Assembly: GCA_023246355.1 (NCBI GenBank)
Contig: JAHFIQ010000006.1
Coordinates: 1 to 62,788, forward strand
Length of the DNA stretch: 62,788 nucleotides
Reading direction: 5' to 3'
From: Candidatus Uhrbacteria bacterium
GTDB lineage: Bacteria; Patescibacteriota; Patescibacteriia; UBA9934; GWF2-40-263
Below, piece after piece: positions 1-10,434 of the stretch (the stretch's first letter is position 1; every line of letters starts with the position of its first letter). The position numbers and the translations under genes are program-made. A model generated the notes under the pieces. The model saw only the letters and a list, made by a program, of their open reading frames with translations. It was not told the origin of the DNA and searched no databases.

Positions 1-287
1 CGAGCCCACCTTAGAGCCCAGTCAACGATCCTGCCAAAACCTCTAATTCCTTGTCCTACGTGGTGAATGTGCATACTCCTGAGCCTTCTCAGGAGTGCAG
101 AATGTATCTGGCCTTAGGCATCCCGATCTTCTCGGCGTTGGGGTGTGCGAAGGGCGAGCCAGTGAAAGGACCACTGTCCATGGGAAACTCCTGAGGGCAA
201 AATCCGCAGAAAACAATACAGCAAAAACCAAGACTTGTCAACACCCTCTCTGTCCTTTCGGCACAAGATTCTGTACGATTTGCGCAT

Positions 288-1502
288 ATGAAAAAATCCC
301 TTCTCATTGCCCTTTCTGTTCTTATTTTGATTGCGCTCCTTGTCTTGGCCTGGTTTTTTGTTCGCTCTGCTGAGCCTTCCGCTGCTCTCAATGACGAGAA
401 TGCCCAAACGGAAACGGATACAACCAACAGTCCTGCAGGAGCCGTCGAGGAGGGAACAGAAGCTGCATCAGAGCCTGAGATCGCGTTCTTCTATCAAATC
501 GTCGGGGCATTCCAAAATGGGATTGGGACGAATGCAACCCTCATTGGTCATACCGCCGATGGAAAAAAAGTTGAAAGTTACGACGCGACCGCGCTTGAAT
601 GGGATCAGGGTCCTGACATTGTGGATTCCTATGGCGATCCCACGTTTAGTCGCCTGCCGGACGGCACCTGGACGCTGACCTCTTGGACAACCAATGACGA
701 CCCTCGTGGCTCTGGAGCCATGATGTACTGGGAAGGCGAGTGTCCCCTTGTTGATGACAGTGAAGTGATAGCCATCAATCCTTCCTCAGCAGCAGGATGT
801 GAGAAATCAAACAAACTTCAGCTTGGCAAAACCTCGCAAGTGTTTGCCGCGTACGGTGGAACGTTTGTTTTTCACAGCACGCTGACAGGTCTTCACCTGG
901 CTCACTTGAGCGATGCAACGCATGACGTCACAGATCTGGACACGATGTGTGTCTTGCCAGAGGCTGTGGACACCATCCGAGATTTGGATTGGGGAGAGTC
1001 AACGCCTGTGCCTGCTCCAGACGATCTGTTGATGAGCGATTCCGCCATTGCACAGCGTGCAGATGGAACCTGGGTCTTGTTTATAAAAGGCATTGAGAAA
1101 GACAGTGGCTGTACAGAACGAGGTGGACTTTGTGAGCTCTGTGCTCGAGGCATTTATCGGACAACGAGTGATGATCTTGTGAATTGGTCAGAGTGGGAGC
1201 GGGTGGTCTCACAAGCGAGTGTTCCAGAAGCAACGCAAACCACGGATGGCACCGTCTGGCTGTACTATCAAGATTTTTCTGATACCTGTGATGCTGACAA
1301 TCTTCAGTTGGCCAACATTTCACCGATCTCTGGTGTGCATGAAACAGGCGCCACGTACAAGATGTCCACACCGGTTCGTGTCAATTTTGTGGATGAAGCC
1401 TTTCAAACAAACAAACAGATGCACTACGCCACCAACGGCAATCCAATCTTCTTGCCTGACTTGGACGCCCAGGAGGCGCTGGAAGCGTGTGTGGCACAGT
1501 AG
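288..1502 (+). CDS. Secreted/membrane-anchored acidic protein, possibly a beta-propeller (glycoside hydrolase-like)
   Basis: 404-aa ORF; N-terminal hydrophobic helix; repeated D-G-T-W/V-x-L blade-like motifs and an Asp-box-like 'TSDDLVNW'. Confidence 0.55.
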   Translation: MKKSLLIALSVLILIALLVLAWFFVRSAEPSAALNDENAQTETDTTNSPAGAVEEGTEAASEPEIAFFYQIVGAFQNGIGTNATLIGHTADGKKVESYDATALEWDQGPDIVDSYGDPTFSRLPDGTWTLTSWTTNDDPRGSGAMMYWEGECPLVDDSEVIAINPSSAAGCEKSNKLQLGKTSQVFAAYGGTFVFHSTLTGLHLAHLSDATHDVTDLDTMCVLPEAVDTIRDLDWGESTPVPAPDDLLMSDSAIAQRADGTWVLFIKGIEKDSGCTERGGLCELCARGIYRTTSDDLVNWSEWERVVSQASVPEATQTTDGTVWLYYQDFSDTCDADNLQLANISPISGVHETGATYKMSTPVRVNFVDEAFQTNKQMHYATNGNPIFLPDLDAQEALEACVAQ

Positions 1503-1560
1503 ACCAGAATCAAAAAGAGTCTCACGTCTGTGAGGCTCTTTTTTGTCTGGTAGGTATTGT

Positions 1561-1634
1561 TGGAGCGGGATACGGGAATCGGACCCGCGCCTTCAGCTTG
1601 GGAAGCTGACATACTGCCACTATACTAATCCCGC
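1561..1634 (-). tRNA. tRNA-Gly (CCC)
   Basis: Reverse complement GCGGGATTAGTATAGTGG...TCAGC-TTCCCAA-GCTGA...TCCCGCTCCA folds as a cloverleaf with encoded CCA; T-loop reads TCCGATT. Confidence 0.92.
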
Positions 1635-1663
1635 GTCGGACGGTATCATATAGAAGATCTTTT

Positions 1664-2473
1664 ATGATGACAAGAAATTATTCTCTTTCTTTTTTTCTTT
1701 TCGTTCTTCTTCTTACAGGAGCCGTGGCTCCTGCCTATGCCGCTGACGAACTCGAGGTCATTGTTTCAACCACCTTCGATGCGGACACGATCGTCAAAGG
1801 CTATACGCTTGAGTCCAGTGATGGGTTGATGCGACTGGGTATTCGTCCTAACACCCTGAATGTCTCCACACGAGTGGATGTGAAAACGCTTGATCCTTCG
1901 ATCATGTCGGAAACCTTATCCACCTTCTCCACCTCGTCCACCTTTCCACCTTCTCTCTTGGGCAACATCTATCTTTTTGATATCCTGAATAAGGATTCCT
2001 ACGACGGAAGCGATTTCTTTTTTCTGGAGATCAAGTATCCGGTCGAGTCACAAGACACAGACACGCTTCATGGTCGCCGTCGAATCTATTTCTACAACGG
2101 CGTGAAGAGTGATTGGGAAGTCTTGCCCTCCACGGATAATCCCGAGACTCAATCCGTGAGGGCGCTGATTCATCTGCCGTATGCGCGTCTGGCCATTTTC
2201 GAGGATTCTGAAATCCCAGAAGTGGGAGAGGCCAGTTGGTATGGATACAAAAGTTGTGATTGCGCTGCGTCGCCAGATTATCCCAAAGGCTCTTCGCTTT
2301 TGGTGACACGCATCGACGATCCGACGAAGTCTGTCACGGTGACGGTGAATGATTACGGACCCGATCGCGCTGTGCATCCTGATCGCATTATCGATTTGGA
2401 TAAAGTCGCCTTTGCAAAACTTGTTTCTCTGGGTGCTGGACTCATTAATGTTCGAGTCACGTTTCTTGAGTAA
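1664..2473 (+). CDS. Secreted protein with C-terminal RlpA-like double-psi beta-barrel domain
   Basis: Signal peptide; C-terminal 'GEASWY...AAS...VTVNDYGP...RIIDLDKVAF' RlpA/DPBB signature. Confidence 0.8.
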   Translation: MMTRNYSLSFFLFVLLLTGAVAPAYAADELEVIVSTTFDADTIVKGYTLESSDGLMRLGIRPNTLNVSTRVDVKTLDPSIMSETLSTFSTSSTFPPSLLGNIYLFDILNKDSYDGSDFFFLEIKYPVESQDTDTLHGRRRIYFYNGVKSDWEVLPSTDNPETQSVRALIHLPYARLAIFEDSEIPEVGEASWYGYKSCDCAASPDYPKGSSLLVTRIDDPTKSVTVTVNDYGPDRAVHPDRIIDLDKVAFAKLVSLGAGLINVRVTFLE

Positions 2474-2514
2474 CTGCTCCCTTTTCCACCTCATCCACCT
2501 CTTCCACCTTTCCC

Positions 2515-3195
2515 ATGATCCGCTTTAAAAACGTTTCCAAAATTTATCCTCCCAACGTTGTCGGCGTTGAGGGCATCAGCCTCCACATTCGTCCTGGAGA
2601 GTTTGTTTCGATCGTGGGAAAAAGTGGTACGGGCAAGTCCACGCTTGCCAAGCTCTTGTTTGCCGAGGAACGTCCCACACGTGGAAGCATCGAGATTGGC
2701 GGTTGGGATATCACCAACATCCATGATCGCGATGTCCCTCTGTTGCGTCGCCAGATTGGGGTGGTGTTTCAAGATTTTAAGTTGCTTCCCATGAAAACCG
2801 TGTACGAGAACATCGCCTTTGCCCTGCAAGTGGCAGGCGAGAGACCTCACCGTATACGCGAGGTGGTCCCAGCGGTTTTGAAGATCGTCAATCTGGAACC
2901 CATGATCGATCGCTATCCTCGCCAGCTCTCAGGGGGCGAGCAACAGCGTGTGGCGATCGGCAGAGCCCTTGTGCATTCACCCAAAGTTTTGGTGGCCGAT
3001 GAGCCCACCGGGAATCTTGATACCGTGACGACTCGCGAGATTATCGATCTGTTGAAGAAGATCAACGAGTTTGGCACAACGGTCGCGTTGGTCACGCACG
3101 ATCGGGAAGTGGTGAATGCCCTCAAGAAGCGGGTCATTACTCTTGAAGACGGGAAAATAAGTTCAGACATTGAAGAGGGGAGGTATAAACTTTGA
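2515..3195 (+). CDS. ftsE: Cell division ABC ATPase FtsE
   Basis: Walker [10 protein letters not shown], '[15 protein letters not shown]', [11 protein letters not shown]; directly upstream of ftsX. Confidence 0.93.
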   Translation: MIRFKNVSKIYPPNVVGVEGISLHIRPGEFVSIVGKSGTGKSTLAKLLFAEERPTRGSIEIGGWDITNIHDRDVPLLRRQIGVVFQDFKLLPMKTVYENIAFALQVAGERPHRIREVVPAVLKIVNLEPMIDRYPRQLSGGEQQRVAIGRALVHSPKVLVADEPTGNLDTVTTREIIDLLKKINEFGTTVALVTHDREVVNALKKRVITLEDGKISSDIEEGRYKL

Positions 3196-4115
3196 GGAGT
3201 ATGTTTGTATCGAGTTATCGCGTCACAAAATTTGCCTTCCAAAATTTCTGGAGGAATTTTTGGCTGTCCGTCATCACCATCAGTATGCTTGTGATGACGC
3301 TCATGACCGTGAATATTTTGCTGGTGCTCAACGTGGTCACGCAGCAGGCGATAGAGCTGGTCGAGGACAAAGTAGAGGTCTCGGTATATTTTCAGGAGTA
3401 TGTGGAACAGGAAACCGTTGACCAAGCCGTCTCCTATTTGCGAGGACTGTCTCAAGTGAGAGATGTGGAAACGATCACGGCTGAGGAAGCCTACGACCAA
3501 TTCGTGGCGCGCCATGCCAATGATGAGGAAATTATGGCGTCGCTTCAAGAGTTGGGAGAAAATCCGTTTGGCCCAACGCTGGTTGTGAAAGCCCATGACG
3601 CTGCGGATTTTGAAATCATTTTGGATGCACTCGAAAACCCTCAGTTTCGCGATGACATCCGCGACAAAGATTTTTCAGACTACGAACAAATTGTAGAGCG
3701 CATTCGCTCGACTACGGATCGGATCCAGGCCTTTGGTGTGGCACTGTCCGTGATCTTTCTGCTCATCGCGATCTTGATTGTCTTTAACACGGTGCGTATC
3801 GGCATCTTCATCCACCGCGAGGAGATCGGCATCATGCGACTGGTCGGTGCTTCCAACTGGTTTATCAAGGCCCCGTTTTATCTGGAGATGATTCTCATGA
3901 GTTCTATCGCTCTGGCGATCACCCTTATCATGTTGTTTCCAGCCCTCGCGGCGCTCGAACCACAATTTGGTGTCTACTTTGGCACGCAGTCCGCCGGGCT
4001 CATGGAATACTTTACTCAGCACGGTTTAGTCATCTTTGGCCTTGAGTTTATGGGGCTTGTCCTGGTTTCGATTTTTTCAACGATCCTGGCCATGAGACGA
4101 TTTTTGAGAGTGTGA
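3192..4115 (+). CDS. ftsX: Cell division permease FtsX
   Basis: N-terminal TM helix, periplasmic loop, '[21 protein letters not shown]' motif; start may be ATG 3201. Confidence 0.92.
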   Translation: MRSMFVSSYRVTKFAFQNFWRNFWLSVITISMLVMTLMTVNILLVLNVVTQQAIELVEDKVEVSVYFQEYVEQETVDQAVSYLRGLSQVRDVETITAEEAYDQFVARHANDEEIMASLQELGENPFGPTLVVKAHDAADFEIILDALENPQFRDDIRDKDFSDYEQIVERIRSTTDRIQAFGVALSVIFLLIAILIVFNTVRIGIFIHREEIGIMRLVGASNWFIKAPFYLEMILMSSIALAITLIMLFPALAALEPQFGVYFGTQSAGLMEYFTQHGLVIFGLEFMGLVLVSIFSTILAMRRFLRV

Positions 4116-4153
4116 GCAAAACAAAAGCCGCCAGTGTTTGCTGGTGGCTTTTG

Positions 4154-4227
4154 TGGTTCGGGGACTTGGAATCGAACCAAGATTCACAGCTTCAAAGGCT
4201 GCTGTCCTGCCGTTAGACGATCCCCGA
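4154..4227 (-). tRNA. tRNA-Gln (TTG)
   Basis: Reverse complement TCGGGGATCGTCTAACGGCAGGAC-AGCAGC-CTTTGAA-GCTGT...GGTTCGATTCC...CCCCGAACCA. Confidence 0.93.
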
Positions 4228-4396
4228 GTGTAGTGAGTAAAATCGACAAGCCGTAGGCTTGAGCTCCGGTGCGAGCACACAGGCAGAAGCTTGCTGATGT
4301 CTGTGTGTGAGCACTGGAGCGTACAACCCGGAGGGTTGTCGATTTTCGAACGAAGCGAGAGGGATGCGGCGTTTTCGCCGCCGCCCCGAGTGTAGT
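4222..4396. mobile_element. Structured MITE-like insertion at the tRNA-Gln 5' end, flanked by a 13-bp direct repeat CCCCGAGTGTAGT
   Basis: Direct repeats 4222-4234 and 4384-4396; internal inverted repeat AAAATCGACAA...TTGTCGATTTT followed by CGAACGAAGCGA. Confidence 0.6.
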
Positions 4397-4433
4397 TAAA
4401 GCACGGAGATCATAAGCATTCTGGAGTTTTTTT

Positions 4434-5237
4434 TCAAGCCTTCTGAAACTCAATTGCTGATCCGTAGAACATCGACGCGAGATTCGAGATGTTTTCATCT
4501 TGTGTGGTGAAGTAGGTTCTAGCCGATTTCTTTTCAAGCCGATGGCTGATCTCCGGATGTCGCAGCAGGTAATCCTTCAAGGATTTTGCAACGAGATCGC
4601 CCTGGGTGAGGACATTCATAAACCCGGGAACGGCTTTGCGAAAGGGAAGGAAGACCAGAGGGTAATGGGTGCACGCAAGCAGCACTTGTTCGATCATCGG
4701 ATCTTGTGTGAGGAGTTCTTGTACGAATTGGGTGACAAGATGATGACACTCGGCTGTATCCTGTTGTCCCTTCTCGATCATGTCTGTGAGCCCTGGGCAC
4801 GCAACCTGACTCACGACGATTTCTGGATTGAGCTTTTGAAATTCATGGACATACGCCTCAGAGGTTACGGTCGCAGGTGTTGCCAAGATTCCAACACGCC
4901 GGCTGTTTGCGGCCAGATATTCAACCGCTGGTCGAATCACCCCCAGCACGCGTCGGTCAGGAAATTCTCCGGGAAGCACTTCTTGCTGAATCCGTCGCAG
5001 GGCCTGCGATGAGGCCGTGTTGCATGCCAGGATCACCAACGGACAGCCTTTCTCAAATAAAAATCTGACCCCTTCCAATGTGAACTGAAAAATTTCTTCT
5101 TGAGTGCGAATGCCATACGGTGCTCGAGCATTGTCGCCAAGATAGACTGTTGAAATCTCAGGAAGTCGTTCGTGGATCGGTTTCAAGACCGTGAGACCGC
5201 CAAAGCCGGAATCAAAAATACCAAGCATATGACCCAT
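4434..5237 (-). CDS. murI: Glutamate racemase
   Basis: 'GIFDSGFGGLTV', 'LACNTAS', 'LACTHYP' motifs. Confidence 0.95.
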   Translation of the reverse strand: MGHMLGIFDSGFGGLTVLKPIHERLPEISTVYLGDNARAPYGIRTQEEIFQFTLEGVRFLFEKGCPLVILACNTASSQALRRIQQEVLPGEFPDRRVLGVIRPAVEYLAANSRRVGILATPATVTSEAYVHEFQKLNPEIVVSQVACPGLTDMIEKGQQDTAECHHLVTQFVQELLTQDPMIEQVLLACTHYPLVFLPFRKAVPGFMNVLTQGDLVAKSLKDYLLRHPEISHRLEKKSARTYFTTQDENISNLASMFYGSAIEFQKA

Positions 5238-5259
5238 AGCTTGGCATGAGCTTTTAGTT

Positions 5260-5772
5260 ATGGCAACATACTCTCGTATGGCAAAACCTACCTGTCTTTT
5301 TCCCGGTCGCTTTCAGCCCTATCACAACGGTCATCATCTTGTGGTGCAAGGCATGACCAAACTGTGTGGCAAAATTATCATTGCGATTGGCAGCTCGGAC
5401 AAATCTCGATCTGCAGAGAACCCCTACAGCGCTCAAGAACGCAAAGAAATGATCCAAGCCGCGCTCCAAGATGAGGATCTTATTCCGATGTTTGATATCA
5501 ATTTTATTTTGCTTCCTGATGTGGCTGACGATGAGTCGTGGACAAAACAAGCCATGGAGCTCGCCGGTCCCATCGATATGGTGTGGACAGGCAATGAGCA
5601 CACAAAAAAATGTTTTGAAGGCAAACTTCCGATCAAAGCCATCAAGGAAGTCCCTGGCATCAGCTCGACGGCCATCCGAGCTCTCGTGAAAACCGGTGGT
5701 GACTGGGGGAGCAAAGTTCCCGACGAAGTGGCTCGGTCCATGCGCGAGATCGGATTGGATCGGCTGAAATAA
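5260..5772 (+). CDS. Nicotinamide-nucleotide adenylyltransferase (NadM-like, cytidylyltransferase family)
   Basis: 'GRFQPYHNGH', 'NPYSAQERKEMI', 'ISSTAIR' motifs. Confidence 0.85.
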   Translation: MATYSRMAKPTCLFPGRFQPYHNGHHLVVQGMTKLCGKIIIAIGSSDKSRSAENPYSAQERKEMIQAALQDEDLIPMFDINFILLPDVADDESWTKQAMELAGPIDMVWTGNEHTKKCFEGKLPIKAIKEVPGISSTAIRALVKTGGDWGSKVPDEVARSMREIGLDRLK

Positions 5773-5773
5773 C

Positions 5774-6091
5774 ATGCATCGTTTTTCCCGCGCCATGATC
5801 GCTCTCACCCTGTTCGGCTCCATGTGGATGCACGGAGTGCTTCCTGTTGCCGCTGCCTCTCACGACATGATGAACGACATGGGCTCTCCCTCGTGTCTGA
5901 GTCATTGTCTCGCGGCTATTCATGCAGACTCTGCTCACAACGCGACAAGTCCGTCTGTTCTTCGTCTCATGATTCCTGCGAAATCAGATGCCCTTACCTC
6001 ATCCACCTCCTCTGCCTCTTTTCTCTCTTCCACCTTGTCCACCTCTTTTCATGACCCATGGCTCATTCTCACAACGATCAAACGTGAATGA
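5774..6091 (+). CDS. Small exported His/Met/Cys-rich protein upstream of the copper locus
   Basis: Hydrophobic N-terminus, 'HDMMNDM...CLSHC'; position before metal-handling genes. Confidence 0.5.
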   Translation: MHRFSRAMIALTLFGSMWMHGVLPVAAASHDMMNDMGSPSCLSHCLAAIHADSAHNATSPSVLRLMIPAKSDALTSSTSSASFLSSTLSTSFHDPWLILTTIKRE

Positions 6092-6143
6092 ACACAAAAT
6101 GCTTCGCCCTGTGCGTTAACTCATTTTGTGTTTTTTGATTCAT

Positions 6144-7262
6144 ATGTCTGAACGTCCATTCAATGCTAAACGAGCGCTCGGGATTCTGGTGATCGTTTTC
6201 GCTCTCTGGTACCTCCTCAATAGCCTTGGCTTTCTCTCTGTCTCTCCAAGCGTGAATGCAGCTGGGGGACTTGTTGCGATTTTCTTCATCGGCTTGGTTG
6301 CCTCTGTTTCATCTTGCACAGCGATCCTCTCGGGACTTATCGTCGCTATCTCAGCCAATCATGCCAAGCTCCATGCAGGTGAGTCCTTGAACACTCGACT
6401 GCGTCCTCATGTCCTTTTCAATCTTGGTCGGCTCATTGGGTTCGCTGTGTTCGGTGCCATGATCGGTGCGATCGGTTCCGTGCTCTCGCTCTCAACAGAG
6501 CTTAACGCCCTGTTCGTCATGGTTGTTTCTATTTTGATGTTGGGCCTTGGAGCGAACTTGCTTGATCTCCTTCCGCCTGGATTTTTTCGATTTCACCCAC
6601 CGCTTTGGCTGGCGCGACGCATCTTGAAGCTTCAGGAGTCACATCATCCTGCGGTCTTGTTTGCCCTTGGCGCACTCACATTTTTTCTCCCCTGTGGATT
6701 CACCCAGAGCGTTCAACTTTACGCACTGTCAACCGGCAGTCCAGCCACGGCCGCGTCCATCATGATGGTATTTGCGCTGGGAACACTTCCGGTGTTGCTT
6801 GGATTGGGAGCCGCGACGTCTTCTGCTCACGGCAAGCGACTCAAGAGGATCACCCAAGTCGCTGGTATCTTGGTTCTCGTGATCGGTCTTTCACAACTCT
6901 TGAACGGAATGACCTTGCTTGGCATTTCTCTCCCCACAGCAGACAGTCAAGAAACAGCTGCGCAGCAAACAGACGTGGCGGTTATTGATGGAAAACAAGT
7001 GATCCAGATGGAACTTGGAAGCGGTTTTTACGCGCCAGACGTTCTTACGGTTGTTGAAGACGTTCCTGTGGAGTGGGACATTTACGCACCAGAGTTTATG
7101 GGCTGTGCCACACAGTTGGTCTCTCGGGGGCTTGGGATCAGTCAAACATTAAAGCCAGGTGACAATGTGGTGACGTTCACACCGAAAGATCCTGGAGAGT
7201 ATGTTTTTAGTTGTTCGATGGGGATGGTGCGCGGCACGATGATCGTCACGAAAAGTCTATGA
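6144..7262 (+). CDS. DsbD_2/TauE-like membrane protein with C-terminal cupredoxin-like domain
   Basis: Multiple TM helices, 'SSC', 'FNLGRL', 'FLPCGFTQ', 'FALGTLP', C-terminal 'FSCSMGM'. Confidence 0.85.
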   Translation: MSERPFNAKRALGILVIVFALWYLLNSLGFLSVSPSVNAAGGLVAIFFIGLVASVSSCTAILSGLIVAISANHAKLHAGESLNTRLRPHVLFNLGRLIGFAVFGAMIGAIGSVLSLSTELNALFVMVVSILMLGLGANLLDLLPPGFFRFHPPLWLARRILKLQESHHPAVLFALGALTFFLPCGFTQSVQLYALSTGSPATAASIMMVFALGTLPVLLGLGAATSSAHGKRLKRITQVAGILVLVIGLSQLLNGMTLLGISLPTADSQETAAQQTDVAVIDGKQVIQMELGSGFYAPDVLTVVEDVPVEWDIYAPEFMGCATQLVSRGLGISQTLKPGDNVVTFTPKDPGEYVFSCSMGMVRGTMIVTKSL

Positions 7263-9379
7263 CGCACACACAATTCAAAATCACTGGTATGCACTGTGCG
7301 TCCTGTGCGGTGAATATCGAATCGGAACTTGGCAAACAGCCAGGCGTGAAATCTGCGAATGTGAATTACGCGCTTGCCTCTGCTGCCGTCGAGCACGAGG
7401 AGCATGTTCATGAAACGGATCTCCATACAGTCGTGAAGAACATGGGGTACAGCGTGGCGGCGTCACAAGACGATCATGCCCATCACAGCCACGATGCAGC
7501 AGCTGGTCGGCGTGCAGGGTTTTCTTTGGCGCTGGCCATTCCTGCCGTCATTCTGGCGATGATGGGAATCCTTCCCTGGGCACAAGCGATTCTATCCACG
7601 ATTGTGGTGCTAGGACCTGGCATGGAATTTCATCGGATGACGTTTCAACAACTGAAGCGCGGCCGTGCCAACATGGACACACTCATAACCATGGGCACAC
7701 TGGTTGCCCTGGCGTTCAGCTGGTGGCAGTTTTCAGTGGGAGGTGCGTTGTACTTTGAGACCGCCGCGCTTATCACAGGATTTATTTTGCTGGGTCGCTA
7801 TTTTGAAGCGCGCGCAAAAGGAAAGGCGAGTGAGGCCATTTCCAAGTTGATGGAACTTGGGGCGAAGATGGCGCATAAAGTGGTGGCTGCGGATACACAG
7901 GATGTTCCCGTTGAATCGTTGAAGATCGGTGATCGCGTTCTCGTGAAGCCAGGGGAAAAAATTCCCTTGGACGGAAAAATTATTTCTGGAGAGTCGTCCG
8001 TGGATGAATCCATGCTCACAGGGGAGAGTATGCCGATTGGGAAACGCCCGGGTGATTCCGTGTTCGGTGCGACCGTGAACCAGCAAGGCGTGCTGACGAT
8101 TGCGATCACGGCGATCTCGGGGAATACGGTGCTCGCCCAAATTGTGAGACTTGTGGAGCAGGCGCAGCAACAGAAAGCGCCGATTCAAAAGTTAGTCGAT
8201 AGGATCTCGGGCATCTTTGTCCCGGTGGTGATCGGCATCGCCGGCATCACGTTTGTTATCTGGTACATGATCACAGGCGACGTAAGTACATCCCTCATTC
8301 CAGCCGTCGCCGTGCTTGTGATCGCCTGTCCCTGCGCTCTTGGACTGGCGACTCCTACGGCGATCCTGGTTGGTACCGGCCGTGGAGCAAGAGAGGGAAT
8401 CTTGATCAAGAGCGGCGAGGCGCTTGAACGCAACCGACATTTGGATGTGGTTCTCTTCGACAAAACAGGAACGCTCACAGAAGGCAGACCTGTGGTGACA
8501 GACATGGAAGTTTCCCCCCTTGGCAAGGGGGGAGCAAGGGGGGTCTTGGAGCTCATTGCCTCCCTCGAATCCTCTTCTGAGCATCCTCTGGCTCAGGCCG
8601 TCGTGCGGTATGCAAAGGATCAGGGAGTGATCCTGAAGCCAGCTTCGAATGTGCAGTCGGTCACAGGGAAGGGAATCGAGGGGATAGTTGAAGGAAAAAA
8701 AGTCGCGATTGGGTCACCTGACTTCTTGTCTCACATTGTATCGATCGATACAAAACGGAATCAAATTGAACTGTGGCAGTCACAAGCCAAGACCGTTATT
8801 GTCGCAGCTGTCGACGGGGAAATGCTGGGCATACTGGCGATTGCTGACGCGCCAAAGCCACAAGCCAAAGAGTCCATTGCTGAGCTCAGACGCATGGGAC
8901 TCGATGTGGTGATGGTGACAGGTGATAACAGAAAGACGGCTGAGGTGATCGCGCGCGGACTTGGCATCGAGCAAGTCGAAGCAGATGTCTTGCCTGGGAC
9001 AAAACTTGAAGTCGTGAAAGCGTGGCAGGCGAAAGGCAAGCGTGTGGCATTTGTGGGAGACGGCATTAACGACGCTCCAGCGCTCACGCAAGCTGACCTC
9101 GGGATTGCCATGGGAACAGGCACGGATGTCGCGATCGAGGCTGGGCAAATTGTGCTGGTGGGTGGAGGGCCTGAGAAAGTCGTCGCCGGCATTAAGCTTG
9201 CCGCAGCCACGTATCGCGGGATCAAGCAAAATTTGTTTTGGGCATTCTTCTACAATGTGATCGCGATTCCATTGGCAGCGCTCGGGCTTCTCAATCCGTT
9301 GATTGCCTCGGCAGCCATGGCGTTCTCCAGCGTGTCGGTGGTGTTGAATTCGCTTCGGATCAAGAGAGCAAAGATTTGA
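7259..9379 (+). CDS. copA: Copper-translocating P1B-type ATPase
   Basis: HMA 'GMHCASC', [36 protein letters not shown] and MAFSS motifs. Confidence 0.95.
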   Translation: MTHTQFKITGMHCASCAVNIESELGKQPGVKSANVNYALASAAVEHEEHVHETDLHTVVKNMGYSVAASQDDHAHHSHDAAAGRRAGFSLALAIPAVILAMMGILPWAQAILSTIVVLGPGMEFHRMTFQQLKRGRANMDTLITMGTLVALAFSWWQFSVGGALYFETAALITGFILLGRYFEARAKGKASEAISKLMELGAKMAHKVVAADTQDVPVESLKIGDRVLVKPGEKIPLDGKIISGESSVDESMLTGESMPIGKRPGDSVFGATVNQQGVLTIAITAISGNTVLAQIVRLVEQAQQQKAPIQKLVDRISGIFVPVVIGIAGITFVIWYMITGDVSTSLIPAVAVLVIACPCALGLATPTAILVGTGRGAREGILIKSGEALERNRHLDVVLFDKTGTLTEGRPVVTDMEVSPLGKGGARGVLELIASLESSSEHPLAQAVVRYAKDQGVILKPASNVQSVTGKGIEGIVEGKKVAIGSPDFLSHIVSIDTKRNQIELWQSQAKTVIVAAVDGEMLGILAIADAPKPQAKESIAELRRMGLDVVMVTGDNRKTAEVIARGLGIEQVEADVLPGTKLEVVKAWQAKGKRVAFVGDGINDAPALTQADLGIAMGTGTDVAIEAGQIVLVGGGPEKVVAGIKLAAATYRGIKQNLFWAFFYNVIAIPLAALGLLNPLIASAAMAFSSVSVVLNSLRIKRAKI

Positions 9380-9412
9380 CTTTTGTCCTGAAATCTGCTA
9401 TTATTGGCTCAT

Positions 9413-9727
9413 ATGGAAATCAAAGGTCCAGAATATTATGCCCAGTGGCGAGCGGATCAAGCGAAAAAACGTGAGGCTCCGCCAGCGCCTGCTGCGCCAG
9501 CTCAGCGTCCACGAGAACGTGCTCCCGTCAACATGGAAGCACAGCGAGCACACCTGATGGGACAGATTCGCGAAACACAATCGCTCATGGATGAAGCCAC
9601 TCGTGCCGCAGAACGATTTCGTCGCGATGGGCTTCCTGATTATGCGGAAAGAAAAGAAGCATCCGTACAAACGTATAAATTTCGAATGAAGCAATTGCGC
9701 GAAGATTTAGGAAAGCTTGCAAGCTAA
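9413..9727 (+). CDS. Hypothetical protein (helical/coiled-coil)
   Basis: ~104-aa ORF filling the gap after copA; no recognised motif. Confidence 0.55.
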   Translation: MEIKGPEYYAQWRADQAKKREAPPAPAAPAQRPRERAPVNMEAQRAHLMGQIRETQSLMDEATRAAERFRRDGLPDYAERKEASVQTYKFRMKQLREDLGKLAS

Positions 9728-9809
9728 TCCATAAAAACAGTTCTGGTGAGAATCAGAGCTGTTTTTGATTTGTTTACGACGTCATGATAGGGTCGATTCA
9801 GGAGTCACC

Positions 9810-10235
9810 ATGGACGCACTTCTTTCTCGAGATGGTCGGTGTCGGTTCGTGTGCAAAAGCGATCCGGCGGTGCAGGCGGTGATCAACGCTGTGTACGAGA
9901 GAAAACTCGGCGACGACGTCATCTACGCCTACATGGCCGAGACCTACCCGCTGCTTCGCGATGCGGAGAATTGGCGGAGGCTTTCCGGAACACGCAACGG
10001 CGTCTACGTGGCGCTCTTTCTCAACACCCTTCACGCCTGGGATGCCTGGGTTGTGGATGTGGCGCGTGAGCTTCCTGGGACCATGTTGTCGCCCGTGCAG
10101 CGTCTGTTCATCGCCTGGATCCAGGGTAGGCTTCCGGCGAAGTTCCACTCCCGCGCACCGGAGCTTGCCCAAGTCGCTGAGCTTCGTCTCATCGGGGGCT
10201 TCTCACAGGAGGCGCCGGAGGACGTTGCCAATTGA
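9810..10235 (+). CDS. Hypothetical protein (self-contained ORFan cassette)
   Basis: TTGATT-17-TAGGGT promoter, GGAG RBS, GC-rich codons, terminator-like hairpin at about 10251-10281. Confidence 0.65.
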   Translation: MDALLSRDGRCRFVCKSDPAVQAVINAVYERKLGDDVIYAYMAETYPLLRDAENWRRLSGTRNGVYVALFLNTLHAWDAWVVDVARELPGTMLSPVQRLFIAWIQGRLPAKFHSRAPELAQVAELRLIGGFSQEAPEDVAN

Positions 10236-10283
10236 GAACAGCACTCGCGATCGACCACTCACGGTGGTCGTTTTCTATTTCTA

Positions 10284-10350
10284 AGTTGGGAGCCAGGCTC
10301 CCAACGTAGGCCGTAAAATCAGCTCGAGTTGGGAGCCTGGCTCCCAACTA
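10284..10350. repeat. Pair of REP-like palindromes GTTGGGAGCC(A/T)GGCTCCCAAC
   Basis: Two copies of the palindrome, at about 10285-10305 and 10328-10348. Confidence 0.7.
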
Positions 10351-10434
10351 TGGAAACATTGTGCTATCCTGATCCTCGTGAAGACACTGATCCCACCCCC
10401 TAGGACAACCGTTCTAGGGGGCGATTATGCATCT

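Noticed and set aside
1561..1634. tRNA-Gly as a pseudogene because its T-loop reads TCCGATT
   Set aside because: All stems pair and CCA is encoded; a single T-loop variant is not enough evidence.
8416..8425. Exact 10-mer CGAGGCGCTT in copA, complementary to the right loop of array unit B3
   Set aside because: The partner loop has no adjacent match, and a few single 10-mer hits are expected by chance for 34 loops in 63 kb on both strands.
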